Shown in pieces: positions 9,369 through 17,916 of a DNA stretch of 64,000 nucleotides. The notes under the pieces are model-generated. The model was not told the origin of the DNA and did no database searches. It was given only the letters and a program-made list of their open reading frames with translations. Numbering within the stretch: position 1 is the first letter of the stretch; every line of letters begins with the position of its first letter. A program made the translations under genes and the position numbers. Source of the stretch: Polyangiaceae bacterium (GTDB lineage Bacteria; Myxococcota_A; Polyangia; Polyangiales; Polyangiaceae); NCBI GenBank assembly GCA_044376115.1, contig JBILLK010000001.1, positions 128,001-192,000 of the forward strand, read 5' to 3'.

Positions 9369-10456
9369 GATTTCCTAAAGTTCGTTGGGGTGCATGGCTT
9401 GCGGTCGCCATTCTTGGGCTCTCTGCCGTAAGCGTTGGCAAGGCGTTGGCTGGAGCGGATCCGACGATCCCGCGCGCCGCGGACGCACAGACTTCCAAGC
9501 GATCGCTCGCTACCGATGACGAGAAGCTGTTCGTTCCCGAAGGCAGCTGGGCATCGGGCCAAGGCGTCGTGGAGCCGAAGGACCGCGAAACCAAGGTCGC
9601 AGGAGCCGTCTCTGGTCGCATTTCGAGTGTGCTCGTGGTCGAGGGGCAACGCGTGGCAAAAGGCGACGTCCTGATCGAGCTCGACGCAGTGGTTGAGCGC
9701 GCGAGCATCGCGATCGCAGAGGCGGACGTTGCTCGCGACGAAGCTGATTCATCGCGCGTTGCGGCTGGCGAGCGCTGGGAGGACCGCACCGCCGCAGACG
9801 AGGAGGCGAAGGCCGCTGCCGCGCGCGCGGCTCAGTCCGCAGGCGTGCTTGAGAGGACCAGGAAGGCGCACGCAGGAGGCGCCGCGAGCGGCGACGAGCT
9901 TGACCGCGCGGAGAAGCAAGCCTCGCAAGACAGTGCCACCGCAGCGGCTGCCGAAGCTCGTCGGCGGGCGGCCTTCGCGGGCTCACGATTGGAAGACAAG
10001 AGCGCCGCACAAGCTCGGCTCGCCGGGTCTCGCGCCCGCCTCCAAGAGGCGCAGGCTAGGCTCGAGCAGCGCATCATTCGCGCACCCATCGATGGCGAGG
10101 TGTTGTCCGTCAAAGTACGCGCAGGCGAGTTCTACCAACCCAGCTCGGACGCGAGCGTTGTAATGGGCGAGACGAAGTCACTTCGAGTTCGCATCGATAT
10201 TGACGAACGCGACGTGACCAAGCTTCGCCTAGGCGCACGCGTGGTGGCTCGCGTAACGGCGAACCCGGGTCACGACTACCCGGCCAAGGTGGTGGAGCTC
10301 GGTCGTCGCATGGGCCGAAAGAACGTACGCAGCGATGATCCGGTTGAACGGAACGACGCCAAGATTCTCGAAGTCGTAGCCGAACTCGACGAGAGCGCAG
10401 GCCTCGTAGTCGGGCAACGCGTCGTTGGGTTCGTCTCTACCGAACAGAGCGAATGA
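9365..10456 (+). CDS. HlyD/DevB-type periplasmic adaptor (membrane fusion protein)
   Basis: N-terminal TM; lipoyl half-motifs SGRISSVLVVEGQRVAKGDVLIELD and IRAPIDGEV around a long coiled coil. Confidence 0.9.
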   Translation: MRFPKVRWGAWLAVAILGLSAVSVGKALAGADPTIPRAADAQTSKRSLATDDEKLFVPEGSWASGQGVVEPKDRETKVAGAVSGRISSVLVVEGQRVAKGDVLIELDAVVERASIAIAEADVARDEADSSRVAAGERWEDRTAADEEAKAAAARAAQSAGVLERTRKAHAGGAASGDELDRAEKQASQDSATAAAAEARRRAAFAGSRLEDKSAAQARLAGSRARLQEAQARLEQRIIRAPIDGEVLSVKVRAGEFYQPSSDASVVMGETKSLRVRIDIDERDVTKLRLGARVVARVTANPGHDYPAKVVELGRRMGRKNVRSDDPVERNDAKILEVVAELDESAGLVVGQRVVGFVSTEQSE

Positions 10457-10457
10457 G

Positions 10458-11408
10458 CTACTTGATCTGAATCTTGATGGTGACTGGGGAGCCGCCGCGA
10501 TTCATCGTTATGTCGAGCTTTCCAGCCTTTCGAAGCTTGGCGTATGCGTCCACGGCCTTCTCGGGATCGGACATATCAAAGCCATTGATGTCCGAGAGTA
10601 GGTCGCCGTTCTGCATGCCTATCTCGGAGAGCACAGAATCCGGCTTGATGCCGCTCAGGCGCATACCCTCTTTGGTACCGCGAGCCCGAATCGACCCTGC
10701 GAGCTTTGCGTAGTGCTGCATGATGATCTCGACGCCGCTCTTATCGACTTCAAACTGATTCTCGCCAATCTTCGTAATCTTCGACTTGACCTCGGCCTCG
10801 AGCTTCGCCTTCTTGCTGCTCTTCGAGCTTGGTTTGTCTGCTGCAGGTTTGGGTTTGGCAGCAGGTTCCGGTGCGCCCTCGGCCACGATGCAGCGTGATC
10901 CGCCTTCGGAGAGCCAGACGCGCGGCATGGAACCGAGGTTCGGCGATTCGTAGTAACCAATGTGAGTTACCGTTTGAGTGCCTACTTTGTCACCGATTCT
11001 CCGCATGTGTTCGCCGTCGCCAGAGCTCAGCGCGGCGAAGGACCACGCCGGATCGTCCGTGGCGGTGATCAGAGAAGCTCGCACTCCCGAACAAGGGCTG
11101 TCCTCATAGGGGTCACCACTGGCGGACACCGTCTTGGGCGTTTCCTCATCGGGCTTTGGCGCCGTCGGCAACTTGTTCAACGGCCCCGTCACGGAGTCGA
11201 AGGGATTGCGCGCAAGGATCTCCGAACCACTCTTCGATCGAGTTGTTTCGGGCTGGGAACGACTCGCCGGAAGGGCGGCTGGCTCACGCGGTACGAGGTG
11301 ACCTGCAACGAGCTGACCGATGCCCCGCGCTTGGAAAAAGGACGCGACGAGGATGGCTCCTCCCAGAAGCGGGATCTGAAATGTACGAAGCGTCGAGTCG
11401 AGACTCAT
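10458..11408 (-). CDS. gspC: Type II secretion protein GspC-like (HR + PDZ), orphan
   Basis: N-terminal TM; ILARNPFDSVTGPL; C-terminal PDZ GMRLSGIKPDSVLSEIGMQNGDLLSDING. Confidence 0.8.
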   Translation of the reverse strand: MSLDSTLRTFQIPLLGGAILVASFFQARGIGQLVAGHLVPREPAALPASRSQPETTRSKSGSEILARNPFDSVTGPLNKLPTAPKPDEETPKTVSASGDPYEDSPCSGVRASLITATDDPAWSFAALSSGDGEHMRRIGDKVGTQTVTHIGYYESPNLGSMPRVWLSEGGSRCIVAEGAPEPAAKPKPAADKPSSKSSKKAKLEAEVKSKITKIGENQFEVDKSGVEIIMQHYAKLAGSIRARGTKEGMRLSGIKPDSVLSEIGMQNGDLLSDINGFDMSDPEKAVDAYAKLRKAGKLDITMNRGGSPVTIKIQIK

Positions 11409-11431
11409 AGCGTGTTCTTTTGAAGCATGTT

Positions 11432-11448
11432 TGCAAAGCAGATGCCAG
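11432..11448 (-). promoter_or_regulatory. Sigma-54 (-24/-12) promoter for gspC
   Basis: Minus strand reads CTGGCATCTGCTTTGCA, i.e. TGGCA-N6-TTGCA with exact GG-N10-GC spacing, 24 bp before the ATG. Confidence 0.7.
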
Positions 11449-11553
11449 CAGTTCGCTTGGAGAACGTTGCTACATTCAGGGCATCACGGCGGTTGGTTCG
11501 TCAGGTTGTCACGACCCCGTTCTGAGGGAGCCGAGGGTGTGACAAATTGGCGC

Positions 11554-12213
11554 TCAGTTCAATACGCCGTTCGACATACCCAACGACATCTGCTGCAAAG
11601 CGATGAACTCAGTCAAAAGCTCGGCTCGCTCGCTCAACCGGGCCGTTTCGAGAATTTTCTGGCGGTCTCGGCCTTCAATCAGCAGTTGTTGAGCGCAGTG
11701 GTTGATAACAACCTCCTCACTGACCCCACGCGGAACTCGGAACTCGAAGCTCGGATCGCGTCGTTGGACGTTCGCCACAAAGGACGAGACCGCGGCTAAC
11801 AGGGCCGGGATCATGTGGGGAGCCAAGTCGTCTTCGACAGACGGGAGCACGCGACACTTGGCCCTCCTATAGGGCGAGACAAACGGCAGCTCTTGGAGCT
11901 CCACCCGAGCCCTCCCTCTGAGCACGATATTGAGACGACCGTTCGGCAGCTCAGTCGAATCAACGATAGAACCGACGCCCGCAATCGCGGCTATCCGTGG
12001 ATGCCCGTCACTGTCCACGGGCGCCCCCTCCAGGATCTGCACCACCACGATGCAGTTGTGAGACGCCAGAACATCCCGAACCATCTTGCGGTATCGAGGC
12101 TCGAAGACGTGAAGGGGAAGCAGCACTCCTGGCAGAAGGATGACCTCCGGCAACGGAAAGAGTGGCAAGCACGAAAGCGCGTCCTCGAACTCGTCACGCC
12201 TCCCAAGAGCCAC
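11554..12213 (-). CDS. Stand-alone LON peptidase substrate-binding domain protein
   Basis: LPLFPLPEVILLPGVLLPLHVFEPRYRKMV and NGRLNIVLRGRARV; no ATPase or protease domain; GTG start just after the upstream stop. Confidence 0.88.
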   Translation of the reverse strand: MALGRRDEFEDALSCLPLFPLPEVILLPGVLLPLHVFEPRYRKMVRDVLASHNCIVVVQILEGAPVDSDGHPRIAAIAGVGSIVDSTELPNGRLNIVLRGRARVELQELPFVSPYRRAKCRVLPSVEDDLAPHMIPALLAAVSSFVANVQRRDPSFEFRVPRGVSEEVVINHCAQQLLIEGRDRQKILETARLSERAELLTEFIALQQMSLGMSNGVLN

Positions 12214-12214
12214 G

Positions 12215-12853
12215 TTAACGGACCTTCTTGGCGGCGTTTGCGATCGCCTCGTCCAAGATGGTTGGATCGTAGCCAACCAAGATCCGCCCTGAAACGTCGA
12301 AGGTCGGAACTGTGCCAGCTGGGTTTTCAGCCTTCAAGAGCACAGCATCGGTCGGACTGGCCTCCACGTTCAACTCCTGGAGCCGGTAACCACGAGCCTT
12401 CATGAAGGTCCTCGCCGAATTGCAAAGCGAGCACTTCGGCGTCATGAACATCGTGACGGGTACCTTACGTTTTTGAGCCTCAATCACAGTGTCGTCGTCG
12501 ACGACCTCAGCAATGGGGATGGAGGGCTGGGGCTGGGGCTGGGGCTGCGGCAGTTCTTCACGCACTGTGGTCGGCCGAGCTGCCTGTTCAAGCTCAGCCG
12601 CTTCAGATGCTTGAGGCGGGGGCGCCGCGACAACTACGTCCTCTTTCACCGGCTCTCGCCTGTTCACGTTCCGTGAAAGCCAGACACCAAAACTGATGAC
12701 CAAGGCAACGGCTGTAACGGCTAGAACAGCCACAATCGGCCAATCAGAGCTGGTTTTCGGCGGCTCGAGTACTGCGTCGCCACGACGACAAATAACGCAC
12801 TTAGCGTCATCGCCCAGCACCAGACCGTGCACGCCACATCGGCGCACTTCCAT
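12215..12853 (-). CDS. Membrane-anchored glutaredoxin/NrdH-like protein with N-terminal C-x2-H-x9-C-x2-C motif
   Basis: C-terminal VTMFMTPKCSLCNSARTF...GTVPTF...ILVGYDP; a TM helix; a PQ-rich linker. Confidence 0.8.
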   Translation of the reverse strand: MEVRRCGVHGLVLGDDAKCVICRRGDAVLEPPKTSSDWPIVAVLAVTAVALVISFGVWLSRNVNRREPVKEDVVVAAPPPQASEAAELEQAARPTTVREELPQPQPQPQPSIPIAEVVDDDTVIEAQKRKVPVTMFMTPKCSLCNSARTFMKARGYRLQELNVEASPTDAVLLKAENPAGTVPTFDVSGRILVGYDPTILDEAIANAAKKVR

Positions 12854-12973
12854 CGGCCGAAGGTACCCGACTCGCGTCCCGTTGGCGAATTTCCCACGCA
12901 ACAGCCGCTCGAAATCAGCCAGGGCGAACATGGTTCGTGCCCAGCGGAACAACGTGATAATTTGTCCGTCGCC

Positions 12974-13543
12974 ATGAAACCCTCCCACCGAGCGCTGCCG
13001 CAGAATGAAAGCTCACTCCCTTCCGGAGAATCCAAGGAGAGCACCTATACGACCGGTGAAATGGCTCGGCTCTCAAGCAACACGCTGCGAACCGTTCGTT
13101 TTTATGAAGAGGCGGGGATCCTGACGCCGATCGGCCGGACCGAAGGCGGACACCGGGTGTTCAAGAAGTCTGAACTCGATCGGCTCAAGCTGGTGAGCGA
13201 CATGCGAGAAGCTGGGCTCTCGCTAGACGATATCCGTGAGATTCTTGCAGCCAAACGGCTAGCAACATCGGCGGACGTCGCAGCAGACAAGGCAACGGAC
13301 CTGCTAAACAAGTGCGTTGCGCGGCTGCGCGCCAAGGTGGAGATTCTCTCGCGACTTGCTAGGGATCTCGAAGAAACGGTGGAATGCGCTAGCCACTGCC
13401 GCAGCTGCAAAGCTCCGCAACTTTTCCCGGATGGGTGCAGCCAGTGTGAGACCCTCGCCCATCCGCTCCCGCGCGGGATGCGAGTGCTTTGGGACGTCAA
13501 GGGCGCACCAGAGCCGGCCAAAGCGACGGTTCCTGAAGAATGA
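12974..13543 (+). CDS. MerR family regulator with Cys-rich C-terminus
   Basis: YTTGEMARLSSNTLRTVRFYEEAGIL...GGHRVF; GLSLDDIREIL; CASHCRSC...GCSQC. Confidence 0.9.
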   Translation: MKPSHRALPQNESSLPSGESKESTYTTGEMARLSSNTLRTVRFYEEAGILTPIGRTEGGHRVFKKSELDRLKLVSDMREAGLSLDDIREILAAKRLATSADVAADKATDLLNKCVARLRAKVEILSRLARDLEETVECASHCRSCKAPQLFPDGCSQCETLAHPLPRGMRVLWDVKGAPEPAKATVPEE

Positions 13544-14115
13544 AGGACGAGACCGGCCAAGCCAGAGCGGCGAGGGCAATCGAAGAGTTCCTGAGTGCAC
13601 TCGGCCTTGAATTGGAGGGTGAACTCGTAGGGACAGGAGAGCGAGTCGCAACTGCCTGGGCCACGGAGTTCCTTGCCGGAGTAGGCGCCGATCCAGCGCG
13701 TGTGTTGATGGACGGAGCGCTCGAGGTGAAGGCCGGGGCCGGACCCGTCGTTCTACACGGTCTCGAAGTAGCGACGATGTGCCCTCACCACTTGCTTCCT
13801 AGCCATGGCACAGCCTCAGTTGGGTTCTTTCCGCGATCGCGGCTCGTCGGATTAGGGGCCATCCAACAGGCGGTCGACCTATGCGCGCGAAGGTTGATTC
13901 TCCAAGAGTCGTTGGGGGAGTTAATCGCGGATACGCTACTAAGCGGGCTCGATGCGACCGGAACATTCTGCCGACTCGCGTTGACGCACACATGCTTCTC
14001 GACCCGTGGCGAGCGGCAAGCCCACGCAGTGATCGAAACGATCGCCTTCCGCGGGACTTGCGAGAATCGAGACCGTGATCTCGCGACGCGGCTAGCGTTT
14101 GGAGCACGCGCTTGA
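13540..14115 (+). CDS. folE: GTP cyclohydrolase I (FolE) family, divergent
   Basis: ERVA, MCPHHLLP, RRLILQE, HTC...RG; the Cys/His/Cys zinc ligands are retained. Confidence 0.85.
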   Translation: MKDETGQARAARAIEEFLSALGLELEGELVGTGERVATAWATEFLAGVGADPARVLMDGALEVKAGAGPVVLHGLEVATMCPHHLLPSHGTASVGFFPRSRLVGLGAIQQAVDLCARRLILQESLGELIADTLLSGLDATGTFCRLALTHTCFSTRGERQAHAVIETIAFRGTCENRDRDLATRLAFGARA

Positions 14116-14792
14116 AGCCGGTTGCACTCGTCACCGGAGCCTCGCGTGGCATCGGCTTGGAGACGAGTCGGCTGCTCGCGAAACAGGGGTTCCACGTAAT
14201 CATGACGGCCCGTGGAGCAGAGGTCTTCGAAGCGGCTCGAGAGGTTCAGTCATCGGGCGCTGCCGTAGGGGTCCAAGCCGATGTCAGCCAGTTGGACGAT
14301 GTTTCGCGACTACGCGGCATGGTCGAGGAAGACTTCGATGCCCTGGACGTCCTCATCAACAACGCTGGGATCGTGCGCCGCGGCTCCGCAGTCGAGGATA
14401 CAGCCGTCGCTGATTGGAAAGCCGTTCTGGACGTCAACCTAACCGGAGCCTTCCTCACCACTCGCGCGTTTGTTGGTGCGATGAAGCGGAGACAACGCGG
14501 CCGCGTAGTTTTCGTCGCCAGCATCTCCGCAACGATTGGGTGCGCCGAGAATGCTTCCTATGCGGCCTCCAAGTGGGGAATGGTTGGCCTGATGAAGAGC
14601 GTCGCGGAGGAAACGCGCAACTCAGGGATTGTCGTAACGGGCATTCTACCTGGCTCCGTTGATACCGAGATGTTGAAGGGCAGTGGCTTTGCTGCGCAAA
14701 TGAGCCCCGCAGATGTCGCCCGTGAGATCGTGCACCTCGCCACGACTGCCGCGCCTGCGCTCCATGGCAGCGCAGTCGAGATGTTTGGCTGA
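14112..14792 (+). CDS. Short-chain dehydrogenase/reductase
   Basis: TGASRGIG, LINNAG, YAASK and PGSVDT; TTGA overlap with folE. Confidence 0.92.
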   Translation: MKPVALVTGASRGIGLETSRLLAKQGFHVIMTARGAEVFEAAREVQSSGAAVGVQADVSQLDDVSRLRGMVEEDFDALDVLINNAGIVRRGSAVEDTAVADWKAVLDVNLTGAFLTTRAFVGAMKRRQRGRVVFVASISATIGCAENASYAASKWGMVGLMKSVAEETRNSGIVVTGILPGSVDTEMLKGSGFAAQMSPADVAREIVHLATTAAPALHGSAVEMFG

Positions 14793-14887
14793 GCCGCGCG
14801 CCTCCGCGTCCGCACTGCGGCAAAAGCTCCGCAGGGGTCCCACACAGCTTTATTGCAAGTATTGGCTAGTTCTCGCTGCGTAAGGCG

Positions 14888-14903
14888 TGGCACCGACTGT
14901 GCA
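14888..14903 (+). promoter_or_regulatory. Possible sigma-54 promoter for the DUF1549/DUF1501 pair
   Basis: TGGCAC-CGACT-GTGCA has exact GG-N10-GC spacing but one mismatch in the -12 box; the transcript would be nearly leaderless. Confidence 0.4.
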
Positions 14904-14915
14904 ACGTGCGGATCC

Positions 14916-16673
14916 ATGAAACGCCGTTCGAGTGTTGCGTGGCTGATGCTGACCCTGGCGAGCTGCAGCTCAGGAACGCCTGCAGCCACGAGCAATACAG
15001 CAGCTACCGCCCCGATAGCCGAAGAGACCACCGAGCTAGCCAAGCGCTTTCAAAAGGTCTGGCAAGACCGAGGTCTTGTGGCGCGCGAGGTCGACGACGA
15101 CACATTCCTCCGGCGAGCCACGCTCGACCTGCTTGGGCGGATACCGAGCTCTAAAGAGTTGCTCGAGTTCCGAACGGACTCCCACCCCGACAAGCGCGCT
15201 CGCCGGATAAGGCAGCTGCTGGACGATAAGGCCCACGCCGAACACCTCGCGCGGAAGTGGGAGCAAGTGCTGCTGGGACCAGAGGTCAAACTTAGGCTGG
15301 TAGACCGGGGCGCCATGCGTCGATGGCTCGCCTCGCAGTTTGCCGATGACGTCCCTTGGAGCGCAATCGTCGAGAAGCTGGTAACCGCCGAGGGAATCAC
15401 GAGCCTCGGTGGATCAATCAAGGAGGCCGTCGGTCAATCGGATAGTGAACGCTGGGGCGAGGAAAGCGCAGCGAACGTCAACGGCGCAACCAACTACTTT
15501 CTCCGCCACCAGAAAGCTCCACAGGATCTTGCAGGACATGTGTCGAAGACCTTCCTGGGCGTTCAGATTCAGTGCGCTCAGTGTCACGACCACAAAACGG
15601 AAGCCTGGACCCAAACACAATTCCAGGAATTTTCGGCCGCTTTCGTCCGCGTACGCGCCAGACCCGTCGAACGGGCCAGACAAGAGTTCGCGGTCTTCGA
15701 ACTCGAAGACCTTGAACGTCCCCCCCGCAGGGCGTTTAGGAACGAGGAACTGCAAGAGATCGTTCGCGCCTCGCCTAAGGCACTTGATGGTACCTCGCTA
15801 TCCGGGAGCAACCCCCGCGCTGAGTTAGCTGCCTGGATGACCAGCAAAGAGAACCGATGGTTCTCCCGAGCCTCGGTGAACCGCGTATGGGCAGATCTGC
15901 ACGGGGCCGGATTTGTCGAGCCTATCGACGACTTTCGCGAGAAGAACCCGCCTGTGCTGACTGAGGTTCTGGACCACCTCGCCCATGAGTTCGAGCGCAA
16001 TAACTTCGATCTCGATGCCCTCTACGAGACAATCATGCTCGGACCCACCTACGCGAACGATATCGACGGAACGGTGTCGCCGCGAGAGTCGCTATTCGCC
16101 ACGGCTGACCTGGTTCCCCTATCAAGCGACGCGTTGCTTGATTCGATATTCATAGCAACAGAGGCGGCCAAGCAGCTCGAGGGTCAAGGAGAGAACCGCA
16201 CCAATACACTTAAGGCGCTGCTCCGGCAGCGAATGGAGTTTGTTTTCGATACCGACGCAGAGTCGAACGGCGAGCCACAATCAACGACGCTCACCCAGAG
16301 CCTGTTTCTCGCCAACAGCGCAATCGTCAGCGCGTCCACGGCACACTCTGAAGGAGGGGTCCTCGCCAGACTTCTGGCCGGCTCGAACTCCGACTCAGAC
16401 ATCATTACCGAACTGTACCGTCGCACGCTCACGCGCGATCCGTCGGCAGAGGAACTTCGCGAGGCCCTTGCCTTCATCGCTCAGGATCGTGCGAAAGCCC
16501 CCGTCAGCTTTGAAGGCGGTAGCGGAGAGAAGGGCAAGGCCAAGCGAGAGACGCGCGCAGACAACGCGATGCTGCGAGCACTGCGACCCGACGAGAGTTC
16601 CGCAAAAGCCCGTGCCTTCGAGGATCTTTTCTGGGCACTCATCAACTCAAACGAATTTCTATTCCGCCGCTGA
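14916..16673 (+). CDS. DUF1549/DUF1553 domain lipoprotein with CxxCH motif (planctomycete cytochrome-like family)
   Basis: Lipobox LTLASC; FLRRATLDLLGRIP, FLGVQIQCAQCHDH, VNRVWADLHGAGFVEPIDDF, DLFWALINSNEF. Confidence 0.88.
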   Translation: MKRRSSVAWLMLTLASCSSGTPAATSNTAATAPIAEETTELAKRFQKVWQDRGLVAREVDDDTFLRRATLDLLGRIPSSKELLEFRTDSHPDKRARRIRQLLDDKAHAEHLARKWEQVLLGPEVKLRLVDRGAMRRWLASQFADDVPWSAIVEKLVTAEGITSLGGSIKEAVGQSDSERWGEESAANVNGATNYFLRHQKAPQDLAGHVSKTFLGVQIQCAQCHDHKTEAWTQTQFQEFSAAFVRVRARPVERARQEFAVFELEDLERPPRRAFRNEELQEIVRASPKALDGTSLSGSNPRAELAAWMTSKENRWFSRASVNRVWADLHGAGFVEPIDDFREKNPPVLTEVLDHLAHEFERNNFDLDALYETIMLGPTYANDIDGTVSPRESLFATADLVPLSSDALLDSIFIATEAAKQLEGQGENRTNTLKALLRQRMEFVFDTDAESNGEPQSTTLTQSLFLANSAIVSASTAHSEGGVLARLLAGSNSDSDIITELYRRTLTRDPSAEELREALAFIAQDRAKAPVSFEGGSGEKGKAKRETRADNAMLRALRPDESSAKARAFEDLFWALINSNEFLFRR

Positions 16674-16680
16674 GTCCACC

Positions 16681-17916
16681 ATGAACACCACCCGCAGAAA
16701 CCTACTAAACCTCGGCGCTTTTACCTTTATATCGACCCTCCTGTCCGAAGTGGCATCACCGAGGGCGTTCGCCGCGCCAGCGAAGAAGCCGACGCAGTGT
16801 GTCCTCTTGTGGATGAATGGCGGGGCCAGCCACCTCGACTCATTCGATCTGAAGCCGGGCGGACACTTTAAGGCAATACCGACGAAGGCTCGTGGCGTGA
16901 GCATCTGTGAACGACTCCCGCAGCTCGCCGACCAAATGGACGCCATCGCGTTGCTGCGAGGGGTCTCCTCCAAGGAGGGCAACCATCCGCGCGCGCAGTC
17001 GCTTGCGCACACGGGGCATACTCCCAACCCAACCGTGCGAGCGCCCGCTCTGGGTGCCTGGGTAGCCAAGTATCGGTCGGAGCAGACCTCCTCGCTTCCC
17101 GCGTTCATCTCCCTTGGAGGGCCGAGCGCCGACGCCGGCTTCCTCGGCAACGGGCTTGACCCCTTCGTTGTCGCGACTCCAGGGGCGATGCCCAAGGACA
17201 TTCAATCACCTAGGGCGTTCTCGCCCGAACGCGAAGCGCTCCGAAACTCCTTCGTCGATCGAATGAATCGCGACTTCGATGCGACGACGAAGAGCGGCCT
17301 CGCCAAGCAGCGCTCGATGTTGACCCAGACCGCACGGACGATGATGCGCTCGAGCAACCTTGCAGCCTTCGACTGCTCCTCCGAGTCGAAGAGCACCCTC
17401 GACGCCTACGGTGATAGCGCGTTTGGGCGTGGTTGTTTGACGGCCCGTCGGTTGATTGAGGTTGGAGTTCCCTTCGTTGAGGTTGGATTGGATGGCTGGG
17501 ATACCCACCAGAACAACTTCGAGCGTGTCGGCACATTGCTCGACACGGTGGATGCCGGCGCCGCTTCCCTGCTGGCGGACCTTCGGCAGAGGGGGCTCCT
17601 CGACACGACGCTCGTGGCATGGGTCACCGAGTTCGGTCGCACGCCAAGCGTGAATGCTGATGAAGGTAGGGACCACCACCCCCAAGCATTCAGCGTCTGG
17701 TTAGCAGGTGCTGGCATTCGGGGTGGCATCGTCCACGGCGAGACCGACTTGCAAGGAGCTCGAGTAACGCGTGATGCCGTGTCTCTTCAAGACGTGGTGG
17801 CGACGATGGGCTCGGCGTTGGGACTCGAGACCGACCTCTTCCAAACTACCCCCAACGGCCGACCGATAACGATGACCGAGGGGGGCAAGCCGATCCAAGC
17901 TATCCGCGAGGCCTAA
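16681..17916 (+). CDS. DUF1501 domain protein (alkaline phosphatase/sulfatase-like fold), Tat-exported
   Basis: TRRNLL Tat signal; LLWMNGGASHLDSFD, GWDTH, EFGRTP and GRDHHP. Confidence 0.9.
   Translation: MNTTRRNLLNLGAFTFISTLLSEVASPRAFAAPAKKPTQCVLLWMNGGASHLDSFDLKPGGHFKAIPTKARGVSICERLPQLADQMDAIALLRGVSSKEGNHPRAQSLAHTGHTPNPTVRAPALGAWVAKYRSEQTSSLPAFISLGGPSADAGFLGNGLDPFVVATPGAMPKDIQSPRAFSPEREALRNSFVDRMNRDFDATTKSGLAKQRSMLTQTARTMMRSSNLAAFDCSSESKSTLDAYGDSAFGRGCLTARRLIEVGVPFVEVGLDGWDTHQNNFERVGTLLDTVDAGAASLLADLRQRGLLDTTLVAWVTEFGRTPSVNADEGRDHHPQAFSVWLAGAGIRGGIVHGETDLQGARVTRDAVSLQDVVATMGSALGLETDLFQTTPNGRPITMTEGGKPIQAIREA

Noticed and set aside
14112..14792. SDR as FolM/pteridine reductase
   Set aside because: It has a generic TGASRGIG rather than the TGxxxRIG typical of pteridine reductases; only adjacency to folE supports it.
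16240..16680. N-terminal extension of the DUF1501 ORF in the track
   Set aside because: It overlaps the DUF1553 gene; the Tat signal begins at ATG 16681.
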